From the NCBI GenBank assembly GCA_946965045.2, contig OX337240.1:1364001-1428000 (forward strand): a DNA stretch of 64,000 nt. Direction: 5' to 3'. The translations under genes were made by a program, and so were the position numbers. This stretch comes from Epithemia pelagica (lineage: Eukaryota; Protista; Bacillariophyta). Each line of letters opens with the position of its first letter. Within the stretch, counting starts at the first letter, position 1. Below are positions 1 through 12,059 of this stretch, piece by piece. The notes below the pieces were generated by a model. That model saw only the letters and a program-made list of their open reading frames with translations. It did no database searches and was not told the DNA's origin.

Positions 1-512
1 TTCAACCCTTTCGGTAGGTTTCGTGCGGCTTTCAGTGGCTGGAGGCTGGAGGCAATATGTGTTTTGGTCGTTTGGAGAGAAAGTAATGTCAAACGTGGGT
101 TTGGCGTCAAGGATAATGCCGAGCAACGTTGATGGACAATGCTAAGATTGCACTGGTGTCGCTGAATTATTTCCTTTGGGAGTTTCAGTGTTGTTGTCTT
201 CTCTCTTATACACAAATTCGCCCTCATATTCGATCTTGTATCATTGAATCCACAGAAAAGACTCATGGAAGTCCGGAAGATGAATTGCGAATGGTGGGAG
301 ATTTGGGAAACATTGTTGTAACAGAATCAGGAGATTCTCAAGTGGAGTTGACAGATTCTGTCATTACGTTGCTGGGACCCCATTCAATCATCGGGCGGTC
401 TATTGTTATTTTCGCAGGCGAAGACGATCAAGGGAGAGGGGGACACGAGAACTCGTTGCAGACCGGTAATGCTGGGCCTCGAATTGCCGCTGGAGTAGTT
501 GGACTTGCGTAG
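1..512 (+). CDS. SOD1: Cu/Zn superoxide dismutase-like protein, 3' part (5'-truncated by the window), with degenerate metal ligands
   Basis: Exon 1-13 (FNPF), GT-AG intron 14-255, exon 256-512. Spliced sequence reads FNPFEKTHGSPEDELRMVGDLGN...SIIGRSIVIFAGEDDQGRGG..SLQTGNAGPRIAAGVVG, the SOD1 C-terminal signature. Confidence 0.85.
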
Positions 513-791
513 ATGAAGGTATACTTTACCCCTAGATGATCTTGATCCTATCGTTTGAGTTTCAACACTTTTACCTTTTAATATGCTACTGAGTACCCAA
601 TCAACACTGCTGTCTGAGATTTCTTCATTAAATGTGTCTACCTGAGAAAAGCTACATTCAAATTGAATTCTGACATGCAAGTCCATGCGTCTAAGGAGGC
701 CGTAGCTTTGGAGGACGAGTATATAATCAATATAATGGCATTTCACTGCTCACAAACCTCCGTCGAGGCGAGGCCATTGAACCTTCGCGTG

Positions 792-2237
792 CTACAACAG
801 CTTAGTTACAACACCCGTTCCTACTGTCATTCCTCCTTCACGTAAATTGAAGCGCAGTCCGGGTTCTAGAGCCAGCGGGAAGATGATCTCAGCAGTGATT
901 GTTGTGTTGTCGCCAGGCATGACCATCTCGGTGCCTTCTTTAAGCGTGATGGCCCCATTGACATCGGCTGTTCGGAAAAAGAACTGCGGTTTGTAGTTAC
1001 TCATGAAAGGCGTGTGACGACCACCCTCGTCTTGTTTGAGGCAATAAATTTCGGCTTCGAACTTTGTGGTCGTCTTGGCATAGCCTGGAGCGGCCAACAC
1101 TTGTCCCCTAGTCACATCATCACGCTTCAAACTTCGAAGCAATGCACCAATATTGTCACCTGCTTGGCCTTGGTCCAACAACTTTTTGAACATTTCCACA
1201 CCAGTGCAGGTTGTTTTCTGGTCTTTGCCCATACCAAGGACTTCCAGTTCATCACCAACTTTAACAATACCTTGTTCCACTCGACCAGTGACTACCGTTC
1301 CACGACCGGGAATCGAGAATGTATCTTCAATCGGCATCAAAAATGGCTTATCAAGATCACGAACGGGTTCTGGAATGTGTTCATCCACCGCATTCATGAG
1401 TTCCATCACTTTGTCGGCACCAATTTCTGGATCTCTACTTTCGGCAGCAGCCAACGCAGAACCCCGAATAATCGGAATATTGTCCGCATCAAAATCATAG
1501 AACTCCAAAAGCTCGCGAATTTCCATTTCTACCAATTCCAAAAGTTCCTCATCGTCTACCATGTCGCACTTGTTGAGGAAAACAACCAAATTCGGAATGC
1601 CCACTTGTTTTGCCAGCAAAATGTGTTCACGAGTTTGTGGCATGGGACCGTCAGTGGCGGCGACTACCAAGATTCCACCATCCATTTGCGCAGCGCCTGT
1701 AATCATGTTCTTCACGTAATCAGCATGCCCTGGACTGTTGACGGGAAAGGCAAGCAACATCGTAATATCGTGAGAAGGACCATGCAATGGTTATGGAACT
1801 AGCAAGTGGGTCATCAAGCGTGACAAACAAGACTTATGCCATCAGAATCTCGCGCGAGAGACGTACCAATCAATGTGACCATAATGTCTAGTGTCGGTTT
1901 CGTATTCAATATGACTTGTGTTGATGGTAATTTTACGAGCTTTCTCCTCTGGCGCCTTGTCGATGTCTTCATAAGTCATGGCTTTGGAATAGCCCTTTTC
2001 AGCCAGAACAATGGAAATCGCTTGCGTCAAGGTTGTCTTTCCGTGATCGACATGGCCAATGGTACCAATATTCACGTGGGGTTTGTCGCGGACAAAGGTG
2101 GACGAAGCTCGCAAGAGAGTTGATGCCCATGAGGACATACGGCCATTGGTGGCCCACGTAGCTCCACGACGAGCGCTGTGCTGTGAAAGGAACGAACTTC
2201 CTGCCTGCCGCAGTAAGAGCAATCCAGAAGATGACAT
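792..2237 (-). CDS. TUFM: Mitochondrial elongation factor Tu
   Basis: Exons 2237-1867 and 1734-792, with an intron splitting GHID-C-PGHADY. Motifs [13 protein letters not shown] and [10 protein letters not shown]. Arg/Ser-rich N-terminal presequence. Confidence 0.97.
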
Positions 2238-2569
2238 GGTTGGGGTTTGGAGTTGTAGGACAGATTTGCTGCAACCACTGGCTTCGATGGTCTCTGTCTC
2301 GCTCAGGATCTTCTCGTGGCTCAGAACAATTGACAAAGATCCACAAACAGCGACTGACAACTGACAAACGTTCTTAAAGATTCTGAGTATACGTCTTTGT
2401 TGTACATGATGGCTACTGAATGTCCTATTGTCGTCTCCCTCTATTACCCGTTTACCGCCTTACTAAAATAAGGATCCGTAGGACTGGTACATTTTCTACG
2501 TTCCACGGTCTCTGGCTCATCCACTTGGTCACCTCATTCTCACATTTCACGACAAATTTGTAAATCATC

Positions 2570-3445
2570 ATGGTAAGGCGCCTGAGGAACTCAAGACACC
2601 GATCCGATGCCTCCTGGCAGAACTAGTTACTCACAGTCTCTGATTTGTTGTTCGTATAGGCGAAGAAGACATCAAAGAAGGACGATCCGCCGAAGAAGGC
2701 TGCCAAGTCCACTCCGGATCCATTGTTCCCGGCTCGTCCGCGCAACTTCAATATTGGTGGTGATATCCGACCGGCCGGAAGGGATTTGTCTCGATTTGTC
2801 AAGTGGCCCCGGTATGTGAGACTTCAACGACAACGTGCTGTATTGTACCAACGCTTGAAGGTGCCTCCTTCCATTAACCAGTTCACCAAGACCATTAACC
2901 GCAACGAGGCTCAGACTGTCTTTACTTTGTTGAACAAGTACCGTGCCCCTACCAAAGCGGCCAAGAAGCAGAGAGTCAAGGAGGCTGCTGCAGCTGCCGC
3001 CGAAGGAAAGGACGCGCCTGCCAAAGAACCTCACATGCTCAAGTTCGGTCTCAAACACATTACCTATTTGGTGGAGCAAAAGAAAGCTTCGCTTGTATTG
3101 ATTGCGAATGATGTTGATCCCATTGAGCTTGTAATCTGGCTTCCTGCGCTCTGCAGAAGAATGAAAGTTCCCTTTATGATTGTGAAGGACAAGGCCCGTC
3201 TCGGAGCTCTGTGCAGCATGAAGACAGCAGCTGCCGTTGCCCTCACAACCGTGTCCAAGGAAGATCAATCTCAACTGGAATTGTTGCAAGGACTTGCAAT
3301 GGAAAAGTACAATGACAACCCTGATTTGATTCGTAAATGGGGTGGTGGTATCATGGGACTGAAGACACAAGCCAAATTGGACAAGCGTGCAAAGGACTTG
3401 GCTGCTGAGGAGGCCAAGAAACTGGCAACTCTTGGAAGAGCGTAA
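2570..3445 (+). CDS. RPL7A: 60S ribosomal protein L7a (eL8)
   Basis: ATG 2570-2572, intron 2573-2659, exon 2660-3445. Motifs KWPRYVRLQRQRAVLYQRLKVPPSINQF, IANDVDPIELV and KWGGGIMGLK. Confidence 0.97.
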
Positions 3446-3890
3446 GATGGACCATTAATGGAATTTATTATGTTTCGACCGTTGAAGCACTTTGTTGCAG
3501 AGGTCATACTCTTATCTTGTGTGTCAGATGTGTGCATGACCCTGGCTGGTGCTGGGCGCAGGCTTCAAACCTGTGGGGGCTTGGCGGCCCAGTTGTTCGA
3601 TTCAACCTTGCGCACGTTGTATGATTGGATTTCTGGAATGGTTAGTGTCAGTAGGGTCGGATTTAGGCTTTACTTAGGCATTGAAACTACTGGTTTCAAC
3701 AAATGGTTTGATTAATGGGCCATGGACAATCAATTTAGTTAGGAGAGATTGACTTTTGCTCGGGTCCCGATTACCGTCGACTCAACCGTTTCCCGACGGG
3801 CTGGCATTGGCATCGTGCTGTCCTTCCAGTCCGGACTTATCAGAATAGCCATTAGCACAGTTAGCAGCAAACCCACCATTCGCTTCACGG

Positions 3891-5096
3891 ATGACCATGG
3901 CACTGCAAGAACAAGCATGGTATTCGAGGCTTGTCGTTTTGGACGAAACAGCGCAATGGAATTTCGAGGACTGGCCTCCTCTTGAGGGAGGATGGCGTCG
4001 CTTTCATGCTGCGGTCGTACTAAATCATCCCGGCACGGAGGACAACCACAACAAGAGACAAACGGTTTTCGTGTTGGGCGGACATCAGACAGATCAAGGC
4101 TATGTCAATTCCGTTCTGTCATTAAATCTGGCAGACCCAGACAGGCAGTGGCGAGAAGGGCCACCCATGAATCAGAGTCGTCGAGGACATGCCGCTGTTG
4201 TGTGCAATGGCGGCGTCTACGTAATGGGAGGGATGACCAGATATAGTTCGGATTGCATAGAACGAATTGATGCCAACGAATTGGTACAATCATCATTAAC
4301 AACAACCGCCGCACATGAGAGTCATTGGACGACATTGCCATGTTGCTTATCAACTCAACGATTTGGGTGTTGTGCTGTTGCGATTCACAACCGATACATT
4401 TTAGTAATGGGTGGCTATGACCGTGGTCGAAGGTTGTCGTCGGTGGATATTATGGATACCCTCAACGACACTGTCATTGCAGGACTGTCCATGACTGTTC
4501 CTCGATCATACTGTGCCAGTGCGGTTATTGGTCGCCGCATCTTTGTCGTTGGCGGCCACAACGGTGACGACGATCTTGACTCGGTGGAGTATTTGGACTA
4601 TGCAACACCCTGTCACAATGATAATTCAATAAAGGAGACTGGTTCGACATTCATTTCTTTCTCGTCCACTTGGATCGCGCATTCTGAGTTGGTGCTTTCC
4701 AATGCACGAAGGTCTTGTGCAGGGGTTGCCGTGGGATCTGGTCTGGTGATGGCGGGAGGACACAGTCGAACTGTGGGAGTCTTGGATGTGCACCGCAACC
4801 GCATGTGGAATCTCCCACCATCTGATAATGGCTCTACTATGGTGAATCACCGCCATGGCTCTACTATGGTGCCTGTTGCCAACCAAATTGCCGTGATTGG
4901 TGGATTTCAGAACCCTAACTGTGCGACATTACCACTACTGGACAAGAATTCGTGGTGTTTTCGTCGACTCTGTGATCGGCTTCCAAACGGTTGGTATAAC
5001 GCCACCGGAACATCCTCTAATACCCCCTCCACTCGGGCTTCTGATTCAACGACGGCGAAAACGCACAGTGGTGATAAAGAAAAGGATGAAACTTGA
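3891..5096 (+). CDS. Kelch-repeat beta-propeller protein
   Basis: 401-aa ORF with repeated Kelch signatures (FVLGG, YVMGG, LVMGGY, FVVGGH, VIGGF) and R-x-x-x-A/C-A/C-V strands. Confidence 0.85.
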   Translation: MTMALQEQAWYSRLVVLDETAQWNFEDWPPLEGGWRRFHAAVVLNHPGTEDNHNKRQTVFVLGGHQTDQGYVNSVLSLNLADPDRQWREGPPMNQSRRGHAAVVCNGGVYVMGGMTRYSSDCIERIDANELVQSSLTTTAAHESHWTTLPCCLSTQRFGCCAVAIHNRYILVMGGYDRGRRLSSVDIMDTLNDTVIAGLSMTVPRSYCASAVIGRRIFVVGGHNGDDDLDSVEYLDYATPCHNDNSIKETGSTFISFSSTWIAHSELVLSNARRSCAGVAVGSGLVMAGGHSRTVGVLDVHRNRMWNLPPSDNGSTMVNHRHGSTMVPVANQIAVIGGFQNPNCATLPLLDKNSWCFRRLCDRLPNGWYNATGTSSNTPSTRASDSTTAKTHSGDKEKDET

Positions 5097-5347
5097 AATG
5101 TGCAACATGTTTCATGTTTGTCCTGATATATGGGCGAAACTATTGACTTACTCCTATCATTTTGCTCTAGAGCAGTTCGCTTATTTTCTGTATGGGTTTG
5201 CTAGCGTTTGGGATATCAGATGATGGCGTAAACTTTCCGGCTGATCGAACATCCCGCAACACGCTAGAAAGCTTGGGTTTTGGTTCGCCAAGAATAGGAC
5301 AGCTGGTATCAATACAACAACTCTAATGTTTACGTTTGTCGTCAACT

Positions 5348-6112
5348 CTATGCCGCAGCTGCTGAACATCGGTATATCAGCGTGGCTGCTACGTGATCTT
5401 GGTCAATACTTGAGCATAGCAAGGAAACAGCTCGTTGAGTTTCTTCCACCTTCAAAACAAGGTCTTGGGATTGGAAGATCAAGCTCATTACGTTTAGAGT
5501 CAATGCCGTAAGCAGTATGCCAGACAGATCCTCCCCGTTTTCCAAAGAATCGTATGATGTTTTGGCCATTTTCAACGATTTAAGAGATCTCTTCAAGTGT
5601 CGACTTGTCTTTTCCTTTGGACTCTCGAGAGAAAGAAGAAATGCAGCCAGGCCGTGGTTGTACAGAATAATGCCAAATTGCTTGGTAATTTCGTGTGGCT
5701 CGGATTCGTCACATGATGGAGCACCGATTCTTATTGGGAACGCAATGGTCGAACTGGGGCCGTATCGAACAGCACCCCGGAGTCTATCTACATCGTCATC
5801 GTCAATGGGATCAGCTTCAAGGTGACCCAGAAATGTTTGACGCACTTTCAGCGCACGAGCGTACCGACTAGAAGCCACTTGGAATATATTATCTAGGGAT
5901 TTGCCACATCTCGGCTTGGAATCGGGAACAAATGCAAGTTGCATCATTGTCAAGCTGTCACACAAAGTGGTCATTGCAACACCATTACATCCTCGTTGTA
6001 TCAAAGTAGCTGCCATGTTATTCAACGCCAACGCTGCTCTATATTCATGATTGGGATTTGTCGACATGGTAATAGAAAGGGATGAGGAATACCATGTATT
6101 AGCCATTGGCAC
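5348..6112 (-). CDS. Hypothetical helical (TPR-like) protein of a diatom-expanded family
   Basis: 254-aa ORF with AALALNNMAATLIQRG and ILYNHGLAAFL helix pairs. Family assignment is from pattern memory only. Confidence 0.6.
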   Translation of the reverse strand: MPMANTWYSSSLSITMSTNPNHEYRAALALNNMAATLIQRGCNGVAMTTLCDSLTMMQLAFVPDSKPRCGKSLDNIFQVASSRYARALKVRQTFLGHLEADPIDDDDVDRLRGAVRYGPSSTIAFPIRIGAPSCDESEPHEITKQFGIILYNHGLAAFLLSLESPKEKTSRHLKRSLKSLKMAKTSYDSLENGEDLSGILLTALTLNVMSLIFQSQDLVLKVEETQRAVSLLCSSIDQDHVAATLIYRCSAAAA

Positions 6113-7759
6113 TTTGTCGGTTCGGCTTTATGACGAAGAAAAGAGGTTGGATCTGTCGAAAGTCAAAAGATGAGTGTTTGTTGAGTCAGACTTCGTCATC
6201 CGCAACGTGTTGTGCGTCTTACACCAGAAAAGCCCTTTGTGTCTGACGACTTCTGACGAGCTGCTTTTCGCTTTGCGCCTCTTTTCGCAGCCACACAACT
6301 TTTGTTTTTACTTTTTACCACGTTTGTTTTAACGAGTACGAGTACGAGTACACTCCGGGAGTTACTACTTGTAGTAGACACCAGACGTACGAGTATTCGG
6401 AACCAACGAGACCGCTATCGCGTATATCGCATAGTCTTACCAACTTCGAATCGAAAAAATACATATATATCCCTACAGTAAAATTGTTGAAAATACAAGC
6501 CCAATCAATTCTCATACAATTTTGGTCTTGATTTGTCATTCTGGGGGCTGGTCTTGGTCTGGTTCCTGACCAATACCGGCACTCCTCTTCAAACCAGCAC
6601 TTCAGCCTACGGTATAGGTATAGGTATAGGTATAGGCTTTTCTTGAGAGAAAGATGGTTATGAAGGCGGAGGAGATCATGGTAATGAATGAAATGTAAGG
6701 AAGGCAGGCAATCTGGACTATCCAGAATCTCGTTGAACATGTTGTTCAAGGACGCTATCGATCCATACTCTATTACCATTGAGGGCCAGTGAATGTACAA
6801 CTACCCCATTCTTGCGACAAGCCTCGTTGCACGAGAGATGCCAATCATTGTTCGATCAGAAACTCAACAAGAAAGTTTGTTTACGCAGGTCTCTGTGCCA
6901 TCTGCTGGGAATCCAATCAAAGGAAGATGACATTTTGTACTCCTAGAAAAGAGAAAAACACTTTCATCGTTGTATTGGAGATTGAAGATGGTCACTTGAA
7001 TTAAAAATCCATAACCTAGAAATTCTCGTTATGTGTTCTTACTTGTTTGTCGTATTTCATTGTCCACCGAAATAATTGTCCAACGATGCAGCTATTCTCT
7101 CAAAAAAAAGGTACAATCTATTTTAACGCTGCCGCGCGGACCCGCTATTGTAGGGTGCCGTCGACCGACGCGCCCGGCCTAGAAAACTAGGCGAGGACTA
7201 ACAGTACTTGGGGGGGTAAGAAATCACGGGAAAGAGGCAGACCGAAGTATAACAGGTCGCCATGTGTTGATGCAGCTATTCTCTCAGGCAAAACGCTTGT
7301 TTGTTGCGTTCGCGTTTTGTGTCTACACTAATTTGTGGGGAGAGGAAAAAGGGTCGACGCGCGCGATGGTTTTTGTATCACTAGTCCCGTAATCCATAGG
7401 GACAGAGCGGGCCGAGTTTGAATCGAGAAGACAAGACAGATATCAGTCTTACGGAATGATTGACGTTTTATACTTCGCACAAAAGAGATGCATGCGCAGT
7501 CTTTTACAACATCCGTTATATTCGCCAGCGTGGCCAGGTCTCTAAAGTCACGCATAAACACACAAAAAGACATTTAACGTCTAGAACGCACGAAGGTGGA
7601 GTATTTTCGTTAAGTACTCGTAGGTCCCATTGAACCCAACGGAAAAATCAGAAAATATCAAGATCAAGACTAAAGGTGTTTAAGAAGGCAAGCAGCGCGT
7701 AGAATCGTTGCTACGACTCAAGATGGTTTTAATTTTGCACGTTTTTGAGAGAAAACTAC

Positions 7760-8577
7760 TTAACGCCATACGTAAGGAACGGGTTTTAAGGGTAACGGAG
7801 TAGAAAATAAACTACTCCCATAAAAAATATGGGATCAGTGCTTTGACTCCCATAAACTACTCCCATCTTAACACGGTTTGAAAACTCCCAGTTTTAATTT
7901 CGAGTACAAATTTATTCATAGTGAGAATTTTTTGTCATTTTAGTCGCTTTTCTCGAACTTGAGCGGCCATCCGCGATGACCATGAGAGACAATGAGGGCG
8001 GACAATGAAAATGGCATGGATCATCTTCCAATGATGCCAAACCAGGTCAGAATGGATGAAGGAAAGTCAATTGATCAAGACAGATGGTATGTGGAGGCGA
8101 AAGTTGACCAAGGAAAGGTTCAATGTGTCGAAAAAGGGTCAATGCTGTGAAGCAGGCAAAAACATGGTCTGAGAGAGGGAATTGCCGAATGCTCAACAGA
8201 GGTGCTGTCAAATCACAAATAAAGACAAAGTCCTATAGTTCATATTATTTTACACCAGAATGGAAGGTCTTGACATTTGCTGTTGGATATTGAGTGTGTG
8301 CGTACTGCTCAAAGTTGGGCCATGGTCGATGGGATGAGAAAATCACAAAAATCATCCGAGTTTTGATACACGAAACGACTGTTATAATTTCAAAATCAGT
8401 GTAGACTATGATATATGAAAATGTTCAAAATTCCACAAACTATTAGAATTACAAGTGAAAAAGACAATGACGTCTATATTCCAATTAGTAGATGTCGTCA
8501 AAGTTATGGGAGGAGTGTATATACTGCTCGAATTTATGGGATCAGTATATATACTGCTCCCTTACGTATGGCGTTAA
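7760..8577. mobile_element. Non-autonomous DNA transposon (piggyBac-like MITE), copy 1
   Basis: TTAA at 7760-7763 and 8574-8577 flank an 810-bp body with 14-bp perfect TIRs CGCCATACGTAAGG. Subterminal CTCCCATAA/TTATGGGA repeats. Near-identical copy at 41717-42534. Confidence 0.9.
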
Positions 8578-9060
8578 GAATTCGTTAGGCAGTCACATAG
8601 GGCAATACTAGCGTCCGCTCATAAACGAATCACTCGCGCATGCAGATTCGCGCAATCCGATATCCGATATCCGACATCCGACGGCGCAGCCACTGACTGT
8701 CGTTCCCCATTCCCCACCGTCACCGTAGGTAGTCGCCAAAGAAGAGAAACAGCCCTCAGCACGAATATTGTTGTTGGAGCGCAACCCCTGTCCGACGAAA
8801 AGTCAATCCATTTCATTTTCTTGTTTCTGGAATAGACGAAACCAGTTCCATTACAACAATCGTGTCCATTGCTAACAGCATTTCCATCAAAGTCGTGGAT
8901 CCACAATCAATATCTAACTGAAAACCATTTCATTGGCCATATTCCGTCATTGAGGAAGTCAACTCGCCACACCGACGAAACAGAAAAACGAACATCATTC
9001 AAATCCACAGGCTGGGTCAGAGCATTTCATATTACTTTGTTCAATCCAAAATTTAAAGAC

Positions 9061-9810
9061 ATGGCAGATGTCCGAATGTGTAGTTCACCAGAACGGTAAG
9101 GCAGGGATCAAGATTCCGAGTGTCTCTCGATTAACCGGTACATCCTGACATACTTTTCCTCTACCTCTTTTTCCAGAAGAACAACTGAGACTGATGATGG
9201 AAATTCTTTCAACCAAGACACCCATCTACTCTCTACACCAGCTCACAGCAAAAGCCAGTCAGGAAAGCTGACTCCCAATCATTCCTTGGTCGGTTCCTCG
9301 AAATTAGTTCGTAAGTTTTTGTCAACCACTGATAGACACCGCTTATTGAAATCTGGTGCCAAACGCCATGAGTCTCCATACACAACACCCATAAAGATGC
9401 CTGGATCATCTGGAGTTTCACCGAACCAATTCCTTTTTGAATCAACGTCGATGCAGCAGACACAAATTAGACGAAACGTAACAGATGAAGAGGAGGAAGA
9501 AGCAACCATTGGAGCCAGTGGGTCGCAATCAACTGCTGCTTCGACGCCTGGCAGTTTAGAAGAGGAAAACACAGTTAGCCCGCCTTTGATGCGCTACGTA
9601 CAGGGGCGTGAAGATTGCATAAACCCTGTTAGTCGTATTCTATGGGAGAAAACAGTGGAGGAAGAGAATATTCCCGTTGATGCGGAGGATGCCTCCTTTT
9701 CGTGTTTTCGGGTCGTGTCCCCTCTCTCTCTTGATGTTTCCAAACCAACAGCTTCTTCCTCAACATTGCTGGCACGACCAATGGCTGTCCGACCAATGCT
9801 TTTGGCATGA
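9061..9810 (+). CDS. Hypothetical low-complexity protein (about 222 aa)
   Basis: ATG 9061, exon to 9095, GTAAG donor, pyrimidine-rich CAG acceptor at 9176. Exon 9177-9810 joins in frame with ORF 9286-9810. No domain recognised. Confidence 0.55.
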
Positions 9811-10592
9811 GCAATTGTCTTCGCAGTGCTGCCAAACCTACCACAACTATGATTTGCATGTGCCCTCCACTGGGAATCATTTGCTCGCTACATAATCATA
9901 AGGGGGCATTGGTTAAGGATGGCCATGTATCTGCCTTGCGTCTCTGGGTATCTCCTGATGCTTTAAAACTTGATTGTTAATTTCTTCTTTCAAATACTAT
10001 TTGAAAGTTTCTTCTTCTGTTGTAAGGAGCGGACAGCTACTGTTATAGCAGTTTTCGGTAAGGCATGGGACATCTTCTCAGCCTTACGTCTCGCTTTATG
10101 AATTGCTTGCCGATGCATCTTTTCCAATTTACGCCCAGTTTACGCCATGGTCCATGGTGTAAAAGCGTCGGTCAAGGGTCAGGTCGCACGCGAGCTACAC
10201 GTTAACTATGAACAAAACAGTACCTGAGCTAACACGAACGGGAACGGGAACGCCTCTCATCAAACACGACAAACTGGCGACTGGTTTCGACACCAGAAAC
10301 AGAACTTGTGGAAAAAGTCAACGGTACTTTCGTTTCTGCAACTGCGTTCCATTGCCGCATCAAAGCCTTGTTGTCTGCCCTAGGAGCCTGGCCCATTACC
10401 TTCAGCTTTTGCCGCGAAGTGTTTGATCTTTAGAATAGGAGTAAGTGTGATTGATTTCGATCGTCGAGGGGAGAAAGGAAGCTTCATATCGAGAAGTCCG
10501 GAATCGGAATCAGCACACAAGATGGGCATCTTAAGTCGTGCTCCGTTGTCTCACCACCAATGCTCATTTCTTGGTGCTACAGAGCTTTGAAC

Positions 10593-11365
10593 ATGAATTG
10601 GTTCAAGAAAGAGACTCCGAAAGAAGCAGCCATGAAGGCCAAGCGAGAGGCAAGAAAAGAAGTCAGGGTATGTTTTATTTCACTTGCGCATTGCCACCGT
10701 GACTTTGATTGATCATCGGATCTTAACGTTGTGTTACTGTTGATCAATTCCTATTTGGATGTTTCTCTGTACAGGCCAATCAACGTGATATGGACCGCGA
10801 AATGCGGGAGCTTGATCGTCAGGAGAAACAGATAACTATGGAATTAAAACAGCGAGCAAAGGCAGCCAATTCTTCGAGTGATCCAACGCTAAAAACTCTG
10901 GCAAAGCAATTGGTTCAAGTACGGCAACAACGTACAAAGTTACATAGTGCCAAGGCACAAATTGGTGCCATGGGAATGCACGCACAAGTCACCGCCAGCC
11001 AAGTGGCCGCCGTGCAGGCTATTGGATCAGTCACGGAATCAATGAAAACCGCCAATAAACAAATGGACATGAAACAAACAATGAAAATAATGACAGATTT
11101 TCAGAAAGAGAATGAGCGTTTGACTGTGAAGGAAGAAATGATGGATGATGTTCTCATGGATGCCTTCGATACGGAAGGTGTAGAAGAAGAGGCTGACCAG
11201 GTTACCAACCAAGTCTTGGCTGAGTTGGGTGTGGAACTAGATCAACAAATGGTGGGTCTCGACGCCCCGAAAACAAAGTTGGAAACTACGGAAACACCGG
11301 TGGCCGAAAAAGATGCGCTCGAAGACGCGTTGCCCGACTTGAGAGCACGTCTTAACGCGTTGTAG
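10593..11365 (+). CDS. CHMP2: ESCRT-III subunit CHMP2/Vps2 (Snf7 family)
   Basis: Exons 10593-10667 and 10775-11365. Motifs REMRELDRQEKQI, LAKQLVQVRQQ, EEEADQVTNQVLAELG and the C-terminal MIM1 LRARLNAL. Confidence 0.92.
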
Positions 11366-11738
11366 TTGTACCGTTGCCCGTATCACTTGAAGGCTTCCTT
11401 GGTGGTGTAAAAGCCCAACCTTTGTTGATACCTAGAGACGCAAGCAATACACCACTTTGCCGTATGCGTCCATTGCCAAAACGCTCAGTTGTCGATACAG
11501 GCGGAAATTACCAATTGTTTCCATTGCCAAAAGTTGTACTCCTACTTAGTTACCCAATCTTGCTGACAATGTTTCTCATTTTAGACAAAACATCACCTTC
11601 GTGAGAGCTTCGCTTTCCTTTACCACTATAAGTTCGGAAGGGATTCCCTGGTCTAAGTACATTAGCTGTCATAATGTGGAGAAGACAATCCATTTCCAAT
11701 ACCACCATAGTTTCCGCTTATATTATATCTCAGATCAT

Positions 11739-12059
11739 CTAATTTCGTCGGGCTCCGAATCGAGGAGGAGGAGTACGAACTTTACGTCCTTGACGTGATC
11801 GGACACGCACAATACGTTGATGTACAGCAGCTTCCACGCAGTAATACATTTTCAAGTACAATTTCGGAAGTTGATAATCTTGGTAAGCACTGGCCTCTTT
11901 GATATCACGCAAGGACGAGGCATCGACAATATTGCGCACAATGAAACGCTTAATGGCCTTGTCCTTGGGAATGGCTTTTCCGGTTGATACACATCGTACG
12001 CGGTTCACATGGCCACGGCCACTCTTATTTCGGCCGTGAGCACGACGCTTGACAGTCAT
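11739..12059 (-). CDS. RPS26: 40S ribosomal protein S26 (eS26)
   Basis: [18 protein letters not shown]...[15 protein letters not shown]...[25 protein letters not shown]. Confidence 0.98.
   Translation of the reverse strand: MTVKRRAHGRNKSGRGHVNRVRCVSTGKAIPKDKAIKRFIVRNIVDASSLRDIKEASAYQDYQLPKLYLKMYYCVEAAVHQRIVRVRSRQGRKVRTPPPRFGARRN

Noticed and set aside
1014-1802. 262-aa plus-strand ORF
   Set aside because: Antisense shadow of EF-Tu. The same applies to long opposite-strand ORFs over RPL7A, VSR, LDH, SET1, the NTPase and the USP.
6315-6800. 161-aa ORF with hexamer repeats (CGAGTA x3 at 6333, GGTATA x4 at 6611)
   Set aside because: No domain and non-protein-like composition. The microsatellites are short and ordinary.
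7764-8573. Transposase remnant inside the MITE
   Set aside because: No ORF of meaningful length and no DDD/DDE motifs in either copy.
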